DNA of 64,000 nucleotides from an uncultured Trueperaceae bacterium (lineage in GTDB: Bacteria > Deinococcota > Deinococci > Deinococcales > Trueperaceae): positions 1-64,000 of the forward strand of contig CAWCXJ010000013.1 in assembly GCA_963799485.1 (NCBI GenBank). The letters run 5' to 3'. Both the position numbers and the translations under genes were made by a program. Below the pieces are notes generated by a model. The model was not told the DNA's origin. It saw only the letters and a program-made list of their open reading frames with translations, and made no database searches. Shown in pieces: positions 30,153 through 40,034 of this stretch (within the stretch, counting starts at the first letter, position 1; each line of letters starts with the position of its first letter).

Positions 30153-32405
30153 GTGAACGAAAAGGTCTTCCTGAGCGCCCTTGCGCTCCTCACGCTTATC
30201 GGTCTTTTTACCGCGCCGTGGGCCGCGATAAGTCGGGAGACCGGCGCGCGCGGTACGGTCATCATCTTGCCAAACCGCATCTACGACTTTACCGGACGTA
30301 CCGAGCCGGTAGAGATTCCGGGGCAAGGCGTTATTTTGGGGGTGGGCGTGCTGGCGCTGCTCGCCGTCGCTGCCGGAAGCCGCCTCTCCGAGCGCCGACG
30401 CTTTATCGTCTGGCTCGTCGGGGGCGTGGTACTCGTCGGCGTAACGGTTTGGGGGAGTATGGCGGTCGTGCGCGCGACGCAGGGCGCGCAGGTTTCGGCG
30501 CTCCTTGCCAACGCCCAAGAAGAACTCGCCGACCCCGGTCGCCGTACCGACGTCGAGGCGCTTCAAGCTGTTCTGGATGGGGCAGATGCGTTGACGACAC
30601 CCCAACTACTTACCGGCTTGCAAGACGCCGGTCTGCGTATCCGGCAGCTGCCCTACGCGGCGACCTCGGCAGGTCTGGCGGCGGCGCTCACCTTTGCCAC
30701 CGGACTGCTCGCATTTTTGTTCGGCTTGCGGCTTTTTCCGCGTTTGGGACGGTGGCTCGAGCGGGCGCTCGCTGCCGTGGCAATTCCGGCAACCTCGATT
30801 GCTCTAGCACTCCTTGCCGCCGCCGTCGTGATTCTGGCGTTGCAACCCACACCGCTGGGCGGCGGCGTTTCGGTAGACAGCCCGCTGATGTACCTTGCCG
30901 GACGCCTCGACGTTCTCTGGTACGCCTATCAGAGCCTCTTTGCTACGTCGCTCACCAATCCCGCCGGATTTATGGAAGCCTTAAAGTTCGCTACCCCGCT
31001 GATTTTCACCGGCCTCGCCGTCGCATTCGGGTTTCGAGCCGGACTGTTTAATATCGGCGCACCCGGGCAGATGGTCTTGGGCGGCATCTTCGCCATGCTC
31101 GCCGGGGTGTATCTACCCGGGCCGCGGCTTATCGTGTTGCCGCTCGCGGTACTTGCCGCTGCTTTAGGGGGCGGTCTATGGGGCGCACTACCGGGCTGGC
31201 TCAAGGCGCGTTTCGGTGCGAGCGAGGTCATCAATACGATTTTGCTCAACTATATTGCGGCGTCGCTCCTCTTGCTGGTGTTGTCGGCGCGGCAGGTGTT
31301 TGCCGAGCCGGTCGCCCGCATGTTCGTCGCGGTCGGCGTGTTTGTCCTAGTCGGTATCGTTCTGAGTCTGATCCCGGCAACGCGGACGCGGATGGCAAAA
31401 ATGCCCCGGTTGTCTGCCGCCGTTTCAGGGGGGCTGCTCCTTATCGTGTTGGTCGTCGTGGGGCTGCCCAGGGCCGGGGACGGTTTGGTCAATCTGGGTT
31501 TGCCGTTCAAGGCACCCGGCTCCGAACCCAAATCGTATGAACTTTCCCAAGCGGCGCGGTTGCCGCAACTCCCGGCGCTCGTCGGCGTCCCACCGGGAAC
31601 GTTTGGCGAGACGGAGGTTGCCCTCGACATCGGTCTCTTTGTCGCTCCGGTAGTGGCACTTTTGGTCTTTGCACTGCTCGGCGGTGTCAGGCGACTACGC
31701 TGGCCCCTTCGCCTTGTGCTGGCACTTGTGGCGGGCGGCGCACTCTACCTTGTCTTTGGCGCACTCGGTCTCAACGCCCGTCCGACGCTGATTCCGCCGA
31801 CCAAACTCAACGTATCGTTTCTTATCGCGATCTTTTCGGCGGTGCTGATGTACGTCATCTTGTGGCGCACGACCTGGGGCTACGAACTGCGGGCGGTCGG
31901 CCTCGCGCCCAAAGCGGCGGAGTACGGCGGCGCGAATATTTCAGCGAGTGTGATCTGGGCGATGGCGCTCTCCGGCGCGTTTGCGGGCCTTACCGCGTCG
32001 CACTATGTGCTAGGCGGCGCGTTGGAGGACTACGCGCTGCGCCAGTCGCTACCGACCGGCGACGGCTTCGACGGGATTGCGGTAGCGCTTTTAGGGCAAA
32101 ACACTCCGCTCGGGGTCGTATTGTCGGCATTTCTCTTTGGTGTCCTTAAAAACGGCGGTTCAGCGCTCAACATAACCTTTACCGACCTGACCAGAGATGT
32201 CGTCAACATGATTCTGGCGCTCGTGGTGCTCTTTATCGCCGCCAGAGGCTTTTTGCCCGACTATCTGACCAACCCGCTCCGGCGCAACCCGCAACTCACG
32301 GACGACCCGGCTTCAGCCGAACCTCCGACCGACCCGCCCGGACGCCCTGAGCGCACCGGCGAAAGGGTAAGAGAACGTCTAGATGAATCTACAGGAGACG
32401 CATAA
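30153..32405 (+). CDS. Nucleoside/sugar ABC permease (extended, 750 aa)
   Basis: ATPLIFTGLAVAFGFRAGLFNIG, ASEVINTILLNY, GYELRAVG, GFDGIAVALLG motifs. Confidence 0.88.
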   Translation: MNEKVFLSALALLTLIGLFTAPWAAISRETGARGTVIILPNRIYDFTGRTEPVEIPGQGVILGVGVLALLAVAAGSRLSERRRFIVWLVGGVVLVGVTVWGSMAVVRATQGAQVSALLANAQEELADPGRRTDVEALQAVLDGADALTTPQLLTGLQDAGLRIRQLPYAATSAGLAAALTFATGLLAFLFGLRLFPRLGRWLERALAAVAIPATSIALALLAAAVVILALQPTPLGGGVSVDSPLMYLAGRLDVLWYAYQSLFATSLTNPAGFMEALKFATPLIFTGLAVAFGFRAGLFNIGAPGQMVLGGIFAMLAGVYLPGPRLIVLPLAVLAAALGGGLWGALPGWLKARFGASEVINTILLNYIAASLLLLVLSARQVFAEPVARMFVAVGVFVLVGIVLSLIPATRTRMAKMPRLSAAVSGGLLLIVLVVVGLPRAGDGLVNLGLPFKAPGSEPKSYELSQAARLPQLPALVGVPPGTFGETEVALDIGLFVAPVVALLVFALLGGVRRLRWPLRLVLALVAGGALYLVFGALGLNARPTLIPPTKLNVSFLIAIFSAVLMYVILWRTTWGYELRAVGLAPKAAEYGGANISASVIWAMALSGAFAGLTASHYVLGGALEDYALRQSLPTGDGFDGIAVALLGQNTPLGVVLSAFLFGVLKNGGSALNITFTDLTRDVVNMILALVVLFIAARGFLPDYLTNPLRRNPQLTDDPASAEPPTDPPGRPERTGERVRERLDESTGDA

Positions 32406-33334
32406 TGGAGACCGCTCTACTCTTAACGCTTGTGGCTTCGGCGCTCCGGGCGACGACGCCACTACTTTTAGCAGCACTTGGCGGGATGTTTAGTGAACGC
32501 GCGGGTGTGGTGAATATTGCGCTCGAGGGCATCATCTTGTTCGGCGCACTTGCCGCCGCCGTCGCCGCCCGCTTTGCCGAACTGCCCGCGCTGGCGCAAA
32601 ATCCGCAAGCGGTCGTCCCTTACGCGCCGTGGCTCGGCGTGTTGGCGGCAGCGGTCGTGGGTGGCGCTGTCGGTTGGTTACACGCGTTTATCTCGATTCG
32701 TTTTCGCGCCGATCAGGTCATCTCCGGCACCGCGATCAACCTTATGGCGATCGGCCTTCCAGCCGTTATCTTGACCGGTCTGTACAACAACTCGGCGACG
32801 AGCGACCCGATCCGTAACCGCTTGCCGGAGTGGAGCCTCGGCCCGTTTTCGTTTTCCCCGCTCGTTTATCTGGCGTTTTTACTGGTGCCGGTCTCATATT
32901 ACGTGCTTTTTCACACGCCCTTCGGGTTGCGCCTGCGCGCGGTCGGCGAACACCCTGAAGCCGCCGACAGCGTAGGTATCGACGTGAAACGGATGCGCTA
33001 CTACGGGGTGATTATTTCGGGCGTGCTGGCGGGGCTTGGCGGCGCATTTTTAAGCATCGGCAACCTCAACCAGTTTATCTCGGAGATGTCGGGTGGGCGC
33101 GGCTTTATCGCGCTAGCGGCACTTATCTTCGGTAAATGGCACCCGCTCGGCGTCCTCGGCGCAACGCTTTTGTTCGGCGGCTTCGAGGCGGCGGCGACGC
33201 TTTTAGGCGGCAGCCAGCTGATGCCCCCGACCATCGTGCAGAGCTTGCCGTTTATCCTGACGATGTTTGTCTTAGCCGGATTTATCGGGCGTTCGGTCGC
33301 GCCCAAAGCTATCGGGAAACCGTTTGTCAAGTAA
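32405..33334 (+). CDS. Nucleoside/sugar ABC permease, second subunit
   Basis: SERAGVVNIALEG, GLRLRAVGEHP, GRGFIALAALIFGKW motifs. Confidence 0.9.
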   Translation: METALLLTLVASALRATTPLLLAALGGMFSERAGVVNIALEGIILFGALAAAVAARFAELPALAQNPQAVVPYAPWLGVLAAAVVGGAVGWLHAFISIRFRADQVISGTAINLMAIGLPAVILTGLYNNSATSDPIRNRLPEWSLGPFSFSPLVYLAFLLVPVSYYVLFHTPFGLRLRAVGEHPEAADSVGIDVKRMRYYGVIISGVLAGLGGAFLSIGNLNQFISEMSGGRGFIALAALIFGKWHPLGVLGATLLFGGFEAAATLLGGSQLMPPTIVQSLPFILTMFVLAGFIGRSVAPKAIGKPFVK

Positions 33335-33485
33335 GGGGCTCCCGGAGTCGGTCAAGAGCGATGGATAAAAAGAACGCAGAAGGTAGAATAGAAGATGTAG
33401 AAGGCTCGAGGTTGTCTTCTCCGTTACCGCGCTCAACTCTCTTCAGTAGTCATTTGATCATCTTCTAAACAGAACAGGAGTTTTC

Positions 33486-35039
33486 ATGGAACGTTCAGCA
33501 GGTATTCTTTTGCACCCGACCTCGCTTCCGGGGGGGCACGGTATCGGTGATTTGGGCGCGCAAGCTTACGCCTGGGTCGATTTTCTAGAGGCGGCGAAAC
33601 AGGGGTTGTGGCAAGTCCTCCCGCTCGGGCCGACAGGCTACGGCGACTCGCCGTACCAGAGTTTTAGTGCGTTTGCCGGAAACCCGAACCTGATCAGTCT
33701 GGACGGGTTGTTGGCGCAAGGTTTTCTCAGCTCCGACGACCTCGGGGAAGCTCCCGCCAACGACGGCCCCGTCGATTACGGTGCGGTCATCCCCTTCAAA
33801 GACGCCGCGCTGCGACGCGCCGCCGAAACCTTCCAAAAAATTGCAACATCTGAACAACAGGCCGAATTTAGCGCGTTTTGCGGCGCGCAGGCGTACTGGT
33901 TAGACGATTACGCGCTCTTTATGGCGCTTAAGGAAGCGCATGGCGGCGCAGCCTGGAACAGCTGGGGTACCGACCTGCGGACGCGCAAAAAACGTGCGCT
34001 GGCTAAGTTCAGCAGCGAAAATGAAGCAACGATTACCCGCCACAAGCTCTGGCAGTGGTTCTTTTACGGGCAGTGGCTGGCGCTTAAAGGCTACGCCAAC
34101 GACCGGGGTATCCAGATTATCGGTGATATTCCTATCTTTATCGCCTACGACTCCGCCGACGCGTGGGCGAACCCCGAGCTGTACTACTTCGACGATGAGG
34201 GCAATCCGGAGGTCGTCGCGGGGGTACCGCCCGACTATTTCAGCAAGACCGGGCAACGTTGGGGTAACCCGCTCTACCGCTGGAAAAAGATGGAGAAACG
34301 CGACTTCGCCTGGTGGGTCTCGAGGTTTCGCTCGTGCCTGGACTTTTACGACCTCATCCGCGTCGATCACTTTCGCGGCTTCGAGTCGTACTGGGAAATT
34401 CCTGCTGAAAACGACACCGCCGAACACGGTCGCTGGGTCAAAGGCCCCGGTCAGGCGCTTTTCGATACGCTCGAGCGTGAGCTGGACGATTTACCTATCA
34501 TCGCCGAGGATTTGGGCGTCATCACGCCCAAGGTCGAAAAACTGCGTGACGACAACGGCCTGCCGGGGATGAAAGTCTTGCAGTTTGCCTTTGCCGGAGA
34601 CGGCGCCGACCTCTATTTGCCGCACAACTATTCTGAAAACTTCGTCGTCTATACGGGTACCCACGACAACGACACCACGCAGAGCTGGTACGACAGCGCG
34701 CCTACCGGTGAACGCCACTTCGTCCGGCGTTACCTGGCCCGCGACGACAGCGCCGTCGTCTGGGAGCTTATCCGGCTGGCGTTTTCGTCGGTGGCCCGCT
34801 ACGCGGTCGTGCCGCTGCAAGACGTTTTGCAACTCGGTTCCGAAGCGCGGATGAACACGCCGGGTCAGGCGGGGGGGAACTGGGGCTGGCGGTTTGAAGA
34901 AGGGCAGTTAGAGCCCTGGATCGCGCCCGCACTGGCTGATATGACTGAAATGTACAACCGGATACCGGGCGCGGAGGTCGCGGATACCCCGTACCGGCAG
35001 AGCGCAACGAAAACGGAGATTGAAGAAGAGGCAGACTGA
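33486..35039 (+). CDS. malQ: 4-alpha-glucanotransferase (GH77)
   Basis: GILLHPTSLP, GVPPDYFS..GQRWGNP, RVDHFRG, IAEDLG, YTGTHDNDT motifs. Confidence 0.96.
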   Translation: MERSAGILLHPTSLPGGHGIGDLGAQAYAWVDFLEAAKQGLWQVLPLGPTGYGDSPYQSFSAFAGNPNLISLDGLLAQGFLSSDDLGEAPANDGPVDYGAVIPFKDAALRRAAETFQKIATSEQQAEFSAFCGAQAYWLDDYALFMALKEAHGGAAWNSWGTDLRTRKKRALAKFSSENEATITRHKLWQWFFYGQWLALKGYANDRGIQIIGDIPIFIAYDSADAWANPELYYFDDEGNPEVVAGVPPDYFSKTGQRWGNPLYRWKKMEKRDFAWWVSRFRSCLDFYDLIRVDHFRGFESYWEIPAENDTAEHGRWVKGPGQALFDTLERELDDLPIIAEDLGVITPKVEKLRDDNGLPGMKVLQFAFAGDGADLYLPHNYSENFVVYTGTHDNDTTQSWYDSAPTGERHFVRRYLARDDSAVVWELIRLAFSSVARYAVVPLQDVLQLGSEARMNTPGQAGGNWGWRFEEGQLEPWIAPALADMTEMYNRIPGAEVADTPYRQSATKTEIEEEAD

Positions 35040-35049
35040 TAACTGCTAC

Positions 35050-35081
35050 AAGAGGGTAGTTCATGGGTACGCTACCCTCTT
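35050..35081 (+). terminator. Stem-loop after malQ
   Basis: AAGAGGGTAG-12 nt-CTACCCTCTT, a perfect 10-bp inverted repeat. Confidence 0.6.
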
Positions 35082-35157
35082 AGCTTGACCTGAGTGTTCC
35101 AGATGTTCGTAATAAGGGTTGTCGGATTGGCTTGCTTGTGCTTTAAGAGAGCATTGA

Positions 35158-35521
35158 ATGAAAACCTCGCAAGGTGGAACTCAAATATACTGTCCCCATT
35201 GCAAGAGAGTGAGAGTCTGCAAAGCCGTTTCACCTTCCGAGTATGGGAATCTTCAGAACGACAGCTGTATACGACAAATCACGAAGACATTCGTTGGTTT
35301 CATAGAGGTCGCTTTTGCCTCAACGGTAACGCGACCTTTTGACAGCAGAAGTTGACGAAAATTTTCTGGATGAGTTGGTTGAGTTGAGAAGGGCACTAGC
35401 TGTGGTCAGATCCAACGCGGAAAAGTATATGGAAGAACCTAAATTGGCATCAAAAACCTTAAATAAGTTTGTGAAACCGTTGGATAAGTTAAGAGCTTTA
35501 CAAGTTCATGACGATGTATGA
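35158..35521 (+). pseudogene. Low-GC small Zn-ribbon/coiled-coil gene broken by two frameshifts
   Basis: Three overlapping frames join into MKTSQGGTQIYCPHCKRVRVCKA / HEDIRWFHRGRFC / TAEVDENFLDELVELRRAL. Confidence 0.55.
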
Positions 35522-35581
35522 TCCCGTTAGGATTGAAGCAGTCGCCAGTATCATCAAGAATGAAGCACAGGCAAATCCGAG

Positions 35582-36805
35582 TTAAGTTCTAAAAAGCACA
35601 TCCTCACGCCGAAAACTGCGTAAGGCAAACCAGAGCAAAAGTGCTGCTAAAAGGAGGCTCGAGCCCCACGCTAACAGCGCTAAAGGCAGCTCGAACGTTC
35701 CTTTTACGGCGTCGTTCATCAAAAGCAGTGTGCCGAACGCAGGCAGCGCGTAGATAACCGGGCTCGAGCCGAAAAAGTCCGAAAATTGCAAGCTCACGAC
35801 CGGCAGCACCAAAACGAGCGAAAGCGGCGCGACGTAGCTCTGCGCCTCCTTAAACGAGCGCGCAAAAAGCGTGATGGCAATCAGCAGCGCGGCGACGAGC
35901 GCCGCTAACAGCAGGGCGCTTACCAGCAGTGCGAGCAGTTCGCTAGCGTTGACGCGCAAGGTTCCGCCGAGACCCTGCGCGACTCTTCCGGCCCCACCAC
36001 TCAGCCGCCCGCTAAACGCCACGCTCAGCAGCCACCCACTCCCCAAAAACCCCACCAGCGCCACCGACGCCGCGCTCAGGCCGAACAGCAAGGTTGCCGA
36101 AAACTTGCCGACGACGACCTCGGCGCGTCTTACCGGGCTCACGAGCAGCGCCTCCAACGTCCCGCGTTCTTTCTCCCCGGCGGTCGCGTCGATGGCGACC
36201 ATCTGCCCGCCGGTCAGTGTCCAGATAATCACGAAAAAAGGGATCAGCCAGCCGAGTGACCCGCTCGCACGCTCCGACGCGGTGCTCGCGTCGCGGGTCT
36301 CGAGCCTTAGCGGGGTGAGGATGTTGGGCTCGAGTCCTGCCTGCTCAATCCGTTGCCGGACGAGCGACTTTTCGTAGGTTTCGACCGCTCCGGTTAGCTT
36401 TTCCGTTAGGAGTTCGTCACGTAGCCCGCCGCTTTTACGGTACAGCACGAGCGACGCACGCCCTTCGCGAAGGTTTGCGGCAAAACTTTGCGGTACGCTA
36501 AATGCCGCCACGACTTCTTCTGAATGCACCGCAGCCTCAGCGTTTTTTACGGCGACTAAACGGATATTTTCGCGCTCCATTGTTGCTACGAAAGCCGTCG
36601 GCAAACGTCCTAAACCTTCTGCGCCGACCGTCGTCTCCCGCACCGCTTCACGCCCAAACAGCCCGCCCAAAACGAGCGGCAAGCCGAGCATCACGAGCGG
36701 CAGCACGACGAGGGGAATGAGCAGGTTGGCAAGCACCGCGCGGTGGTCTCTCAGGGTGGACAAGACTTCACGGTAGGCGACCGCCCAAACCATCCCCGGC
36801 CTCAC
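35582..36805 (-). CDS. ABC-2 permease (NatB-like)
   Basis: AIDATAGEKERGTLEALL and ARSFKEAQ motifs. Confidence 0.88.
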   Translation of the reverse strand: MRPGMVWAVAYREVLSTLRDHRAVLANLLIPLVVLPLVMLGLPLVLGGLFGREAVRETTVGAEGLGRLPTAFVATMERENIRLVAVKNAEAAVHSEEVVAAFSVPQSFAANLREGRASLVLYRKSGGLRDELLTEKLTGAVETYEKSLVRQRIEQAGLEPNILTPLRLETRDASTASERASGSLGWLIPFFVIIWTLTGGQMVAIDATAGEKERGTLEALLVSPVRRAEVVVGKFSATLLFGLSAASVALVGFLGSGWLLSVAFSGRLSGGAGRVAQGLGGTLRVNASELLALLVSALLLAALVAALLIAITLFARSFKEAQSYVAPLSLVLVLPVVSLQFSDFFGSSPVIYALPAFGTLLLMNDAVKGTFELPLALLAWGSSLLLAALLLWFALRSFRREDVLFRT

Positions 36806-37575
36806 GGCGTCACCTCGTCCGTTATTTTGTCCTTCCGGGCTGAACCTGCCTGAACCAGATTACGCTCGACCAGTTTGAAAAAGGCGGCCTCGAGCCCCGC
36901 CGCCCCAGCCTCGTGCACGAGCTGTTCAGGCGTCCCCTGCGCAACGATTTCACCGCCGTAAAGAATGGCGACGCGCCCGCACAACTCTTCAACCTCGCTC
37001 ATCACATGCGTCGAGTAGAGTACCGTGCGCCCCTCGGCGGCGTAAGTTTTGACGAACTCCAACACGCTCCGCCGCGCCATCACGTCCAAACCGGAGGTCG
37101 CTTCGTCGAAAAAGATGATGTCGGGGTCGTGCAGCACCGCCCGCGCGATGACAATTTTTTGCTTCATGCCGGTGGAGAAGTCGCCGGCGCGTTTGCCTAG
37201 CGTGCTGCCCAGGTCTAGGGGGGAGCCTAATTCCTCAATCCGCGCGTCTACCTGAGCCCGCTTCATGCCGTAAAGCCGCCCGAAATAGCGGAGCGTTTCC
37301 CGCCCCGTCAGGCGGTCGTAAAGCCCCATCCCGCCACTGACGACGCCGATACGCCGCCGCACCTGTTCAGGCTGCTTCGCCACATTAAAGCCGCCGACCT
37401 CCGCATGGCCTTCAGTCGGTGAGAGGAGCGTCGCCAGAATCCGCAAGGTCGTCGTTTTACCCGCCCCGTTCGGGCCGAGCAGTCCGAACACCTCACCCGG
37501 AGAGACCGTAAACGATACGCCGCGCAGCACGGACGTTTCGCCGAACGTTTTGCCTAGAGCTTCCGCTAGAATCAT
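36802..37575 (-). CDS. ABC ATPase (NatA-like)
   Basis: GPNGAGKTT, FSTGMKQK, FFDE, STH; start set at ATG 37575 (TATGAT 6 nt upstream). Confidence 0.9.
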   Translation of the reverse strand: MILAEALGKTFGETSVLRGVSFTVSPGEVFGLLGPNGAGKTTTLRILATLLSPTEGHAEVGGFNVAKQPEQVRRRIGVVSGGMGLYDRLTGRETLRYFGRLYGMKRAQVDARIEELGSPLDLGSTLGKRAGDFSTGMKQKIVIARAVLHDPDIIFFDEATSGLDVMARRSVLEFVKTYAAEGRTVLYSTHVMSEVEELCGRVAILYGGEIVAQGTPEQLVHEAGAAGLEAAFFKLVERNLVQAGSARKDKITDEVTP

Positions 37576-37702
37576 CTTCGTATCATAGGGCGCGTGCGCA
37601 CGACCAAAGTTACGGACCTTCACGTGTTGCGCCGTAAAATCTTTCTACTTTCGCATCTCGCGCCGTAAAAGTCCGTTCTCACGTCTCATGTATGATGAGG
37701 CC

Positions 37703-38473
37703 GTGTCCGAACACGACTTTGGCGCTTTAGACAGCCTGCAGCTGATTCCGCGCCTTTTGCACGGGGTTGCCGACCCCGACACGCACCTGACGCTGCTGGG
37801 CCGCGACCTCGCTGCGCCGATGTTGCCCTTAGCCGACACGCTAGGGGGCGACGCCGGAACGCTCAGCTTGCTGGACGCTGAACTGCTCTTGGCCCAAGAC
37901 GACGCGTTTCCGGCAACCTTGCCCCTCTTGAAACCTGAAAAGATGGGCTTACTCATGCCTAAGGTCAGAAAGTTGGTGGCTCGAGGGGTGCCGGGGTTCG
38001 TGCTCGATTTGACCGCCTTTGCCGAATCGCCGCCTTACGGGAGCCTCGAGTTCCACCCCCGCACCCGCGAAGACCTGGCTGAACTCCGCGCCGCTGCCGG
38101 GGTTCCCTTGTGGCTTTACGGCGTCAGCAGCGTGTCCGACGCCGAAGTTGCGAGTGAAGCGGGTTTGGAGGGCGTCGTCGTCAACACCGGGGCCGGCATA
38201 TTTCTGGGCGCACCGGCAACGGCTGAGGTTTTTCCCGATATTCTCGACGCGGTAGCCGGGACGATTTCGGTCTACGCCGGGGGCGAGGTGCGGAGCGGCG
38301 TCGATGTGTTTCGTTATCTCGCCCTCGGCGCCGAGGCCGTCGTGGTCGATACCGACCGTTCGCTCCTGAACTTGCGGGCCGAACTCACCTACGCCATGCG
38401 TTTGACCGGCTGTGAAACCCTCGCCGACATCTCGTATGAAGCTATTTTTGCGCCGCTTTTTAGCGAACTTTAG
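37703..38473 (+). CDS. Short FMN-dependent alpha-hydroxy-acid dehydrogenase-like protein, apparently degenerate
   Basis: QLIPRLL, LLGRDLAAP, VRSGVDVFRYLALGA and AMRLTG follow the FMN_dh pattern; start GTG 37703 behind TATGAT. Confidence 0.7.
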   Translation: MSEHDFGALDSLQLIPRLLHGVADPDTHLTLLGRDLAAPMLPLADTLGGDAGTLSLLDAELLLAQDDAFPATLPLLKPEKMGLLMPKVRKLVARGVPGFVLDLTAFAESPPYGSLEFHPRTREDLAELRAAAGVPLWLYGVSSVSDAEVASEAGLEGVVVNTGAGIFLGAPATAEVFPDILDAVAGTISVYAGGEVRSGVDVFRYLALGAEAVVVDTDRSLLNLRAELTYAMRLTGCETLADISYEAIFAPLFSEL

Positions 38474-38552
38474 CCGAATGGGGTACGGTTTCAAAAAGGT
38501 TTCCCTCGAGTATCCTTGACCCCTGTAAAAGCTCCGCCCTATACTCCGGGGC

Positions 38553-39545
38553 ATGAGCGCCCCCAGCCCAGCCAAAGCCGTCAAAACATTCCTGTTCGTG
38601 CTGACATTCACGTTTTTGCTGACAGGGTATGCCCAGCAAATGCCCGCGACCGCTGAAGCCGTGCAGCTCAAGACACCCTCGGGTACCCTGTACGGCACCT
38701 TGCAGCTACCTGCGGGCAAAGGGCCTGTTACCGTCGCTCTCATCCACCCCGGCTCCGGCCCGACCGACCGCAACGGCAACCAGGGAATTGTGCAGCCAGA
38801 CAACCTCAAACTGCTCGCCGAAGCCCTCGCGCAAAATGGTATCGCCAGCCTTCGCATTGACAAACGCGGCGTCGGTGAGAGTGCAGCGGCAGCCTCTTCA
38901 GAGGCGGAGTTGCGTTTTGATACCTACGTCGGGGACGCCGCCCGGTGGTTGGAACAGCTCAGGGGAGACCCCCGCTTTAACACCGTCGCCGTTATCGGAC
39001 ACAGTGAAGGCGCACTCATCGGGCTGCTCGCCGCTAAGAAAGCAGACGCCGACCTGTACGTCTCTATCGCCGGTGCCGGCGAGCGGGCGAGTGACATCTT
39101 GCGCCGCCAGCTCAGCCAGCAGCTGCCGGAAACGCTGATGCAGGAGGTTGACGCTATCCTAAAGCGTTTAGAGGCAGGGGAGATCGTTGACCCGCTGCCG
39201 GAGAGTGTCGCAAACGTCCCCGCTCTCGCCAGTCTCTTTCGCGCCAGCGTCCAGCCCTACCTCATCAGCTGGTTCAAGTACGACCCCGCGCAGGAGCTGA
39301 GCACTCTGGAGATACCGGCCCTTATCCTTCAGGGTACGACGGACTTGCAGGTTTCCGAAGCGGACGCGCGTAAGCTTGGAGAGGCGCAACCGGACGCCGA
39401 GCTGGTCTTCGTACCGGGGATGAACCATGTGTTTAAGGAAGCGCCCGCCGACCCGGCGGCGAACGAGGCAACCTACACCAACCCGGATTTGCCGCTAGCG
39501 GGCGGACTGGTAGAGCCGCTCGTCACCTTTTTGGAGAAAAAGTAA
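38553..39545 (+). CDS. Secreted alpha/beta hydrolase
   Basis: Signal peptide, GSGPTDRNGN, DKRGVG, GHSEG nucleophile elbow, DLQV, MNHVFK. Confidence 0.88.
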   Translation: MSAPSPAKAVKTFLFVLTFTFLLTGYAQQMPATAEAVQLKTPSGTLYGTLQLPAGKGPVTVALIHPGSGPTDRNGNQGIVQPDNLKLLAEALAQNGIASLRIDKRGVGESAAAASSEAELRFDTYVGDAARWLEQLRGDPRFNTVAVIGHSEGALIGLLAAKKADADLYVSIAGAGERASDILRRQLSQQLPETLMQEVDAILKRLEAGEIVDPLPESVANVPALASLFRASVQPYLISWFKYDPAQELSTLEIPALILQGTTDLQVSEADARKLGEAQPDAELVFVPGMNHVFKEAPADPAANEATYTNPDLPLAGGLVEPLVTFLEKK

Positions 39546-39653
39546 ACTCCGTTCTGGACTTTCCGCGCCTTTGGTAGACAAACCTTACGAAGTGGTCGTG
39601 CGGTTCGGAAAGTGCGTTTTGCACCCTCGGCTACCCGACTATAGAAACCGGCG

Positions 39654-40034
39654 CTAGCGTTTAAGTGCCCGGAGCCGTTTAGCTGCCTCTTCTGCGCCGA
39701 TTTCGCCGCGCTCCAAGAGCCCCAAAATATCGGTACGCTCCCCCCGCACTTCCTGCGTTTCCGGCGGCGATTCGTAGCCGAGCGAGCGGAGCATCCCGTC
39801 GAAGCGGCTCCTGACTGTCGGATACGACACGCCCAAAATCCGCTCGACCTCTTTGAGGTTGCCGCGCACGCGCATAAAGAGCCGCATAAACTCGAGGTTC
39901 TCCGGGCTCAGCGTGGCAAACTCGTTCGGCGTAAAACGCCCTTCGATGGCGACGCCGGAGGTGGGACACTCGAGCCGCGTGACCTCCAGCGGGTCTCCCG
40001 TAACCGGGCAGCGGGTCGGCATCGGCAAGCTCAT
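39654..40034 (-). CDS. DUF2089-family protein (Zn ribbon + HTH)
   Basis: CPVTG...LECP, RGNLKEVERILGVSYPTVRSR, LERGEI motifs. Confidence 0.88.
   Translation of the reverse strand: MSLPMPTRCPVTGDPLEVTRLECPTSGVAIEGRFTPNEFATLSPENLEFMRLFMRVRGNLKEVERILGVSYPTVRSRFDGMLRSLGYESPPETQEVRGERTDILGLLERGEIGAEEAAKRLRALKR

Noticed and set aside
29769..30605. 278-aa minus-strand ORF
   Set aside because: Overlaps iolE and the permease in antisense, has no motifs, and is typical of GC-rich shadow ORFs.
33370..33403. Purine-rich AGAAG-type short repeats upstream of malQ
   Set aside because: Too short and irregular to support a repeat family.
37949..38863. 304-aa minus-strand ORF
   Set aside because: Antisense to two well-supported plus-strand genes.
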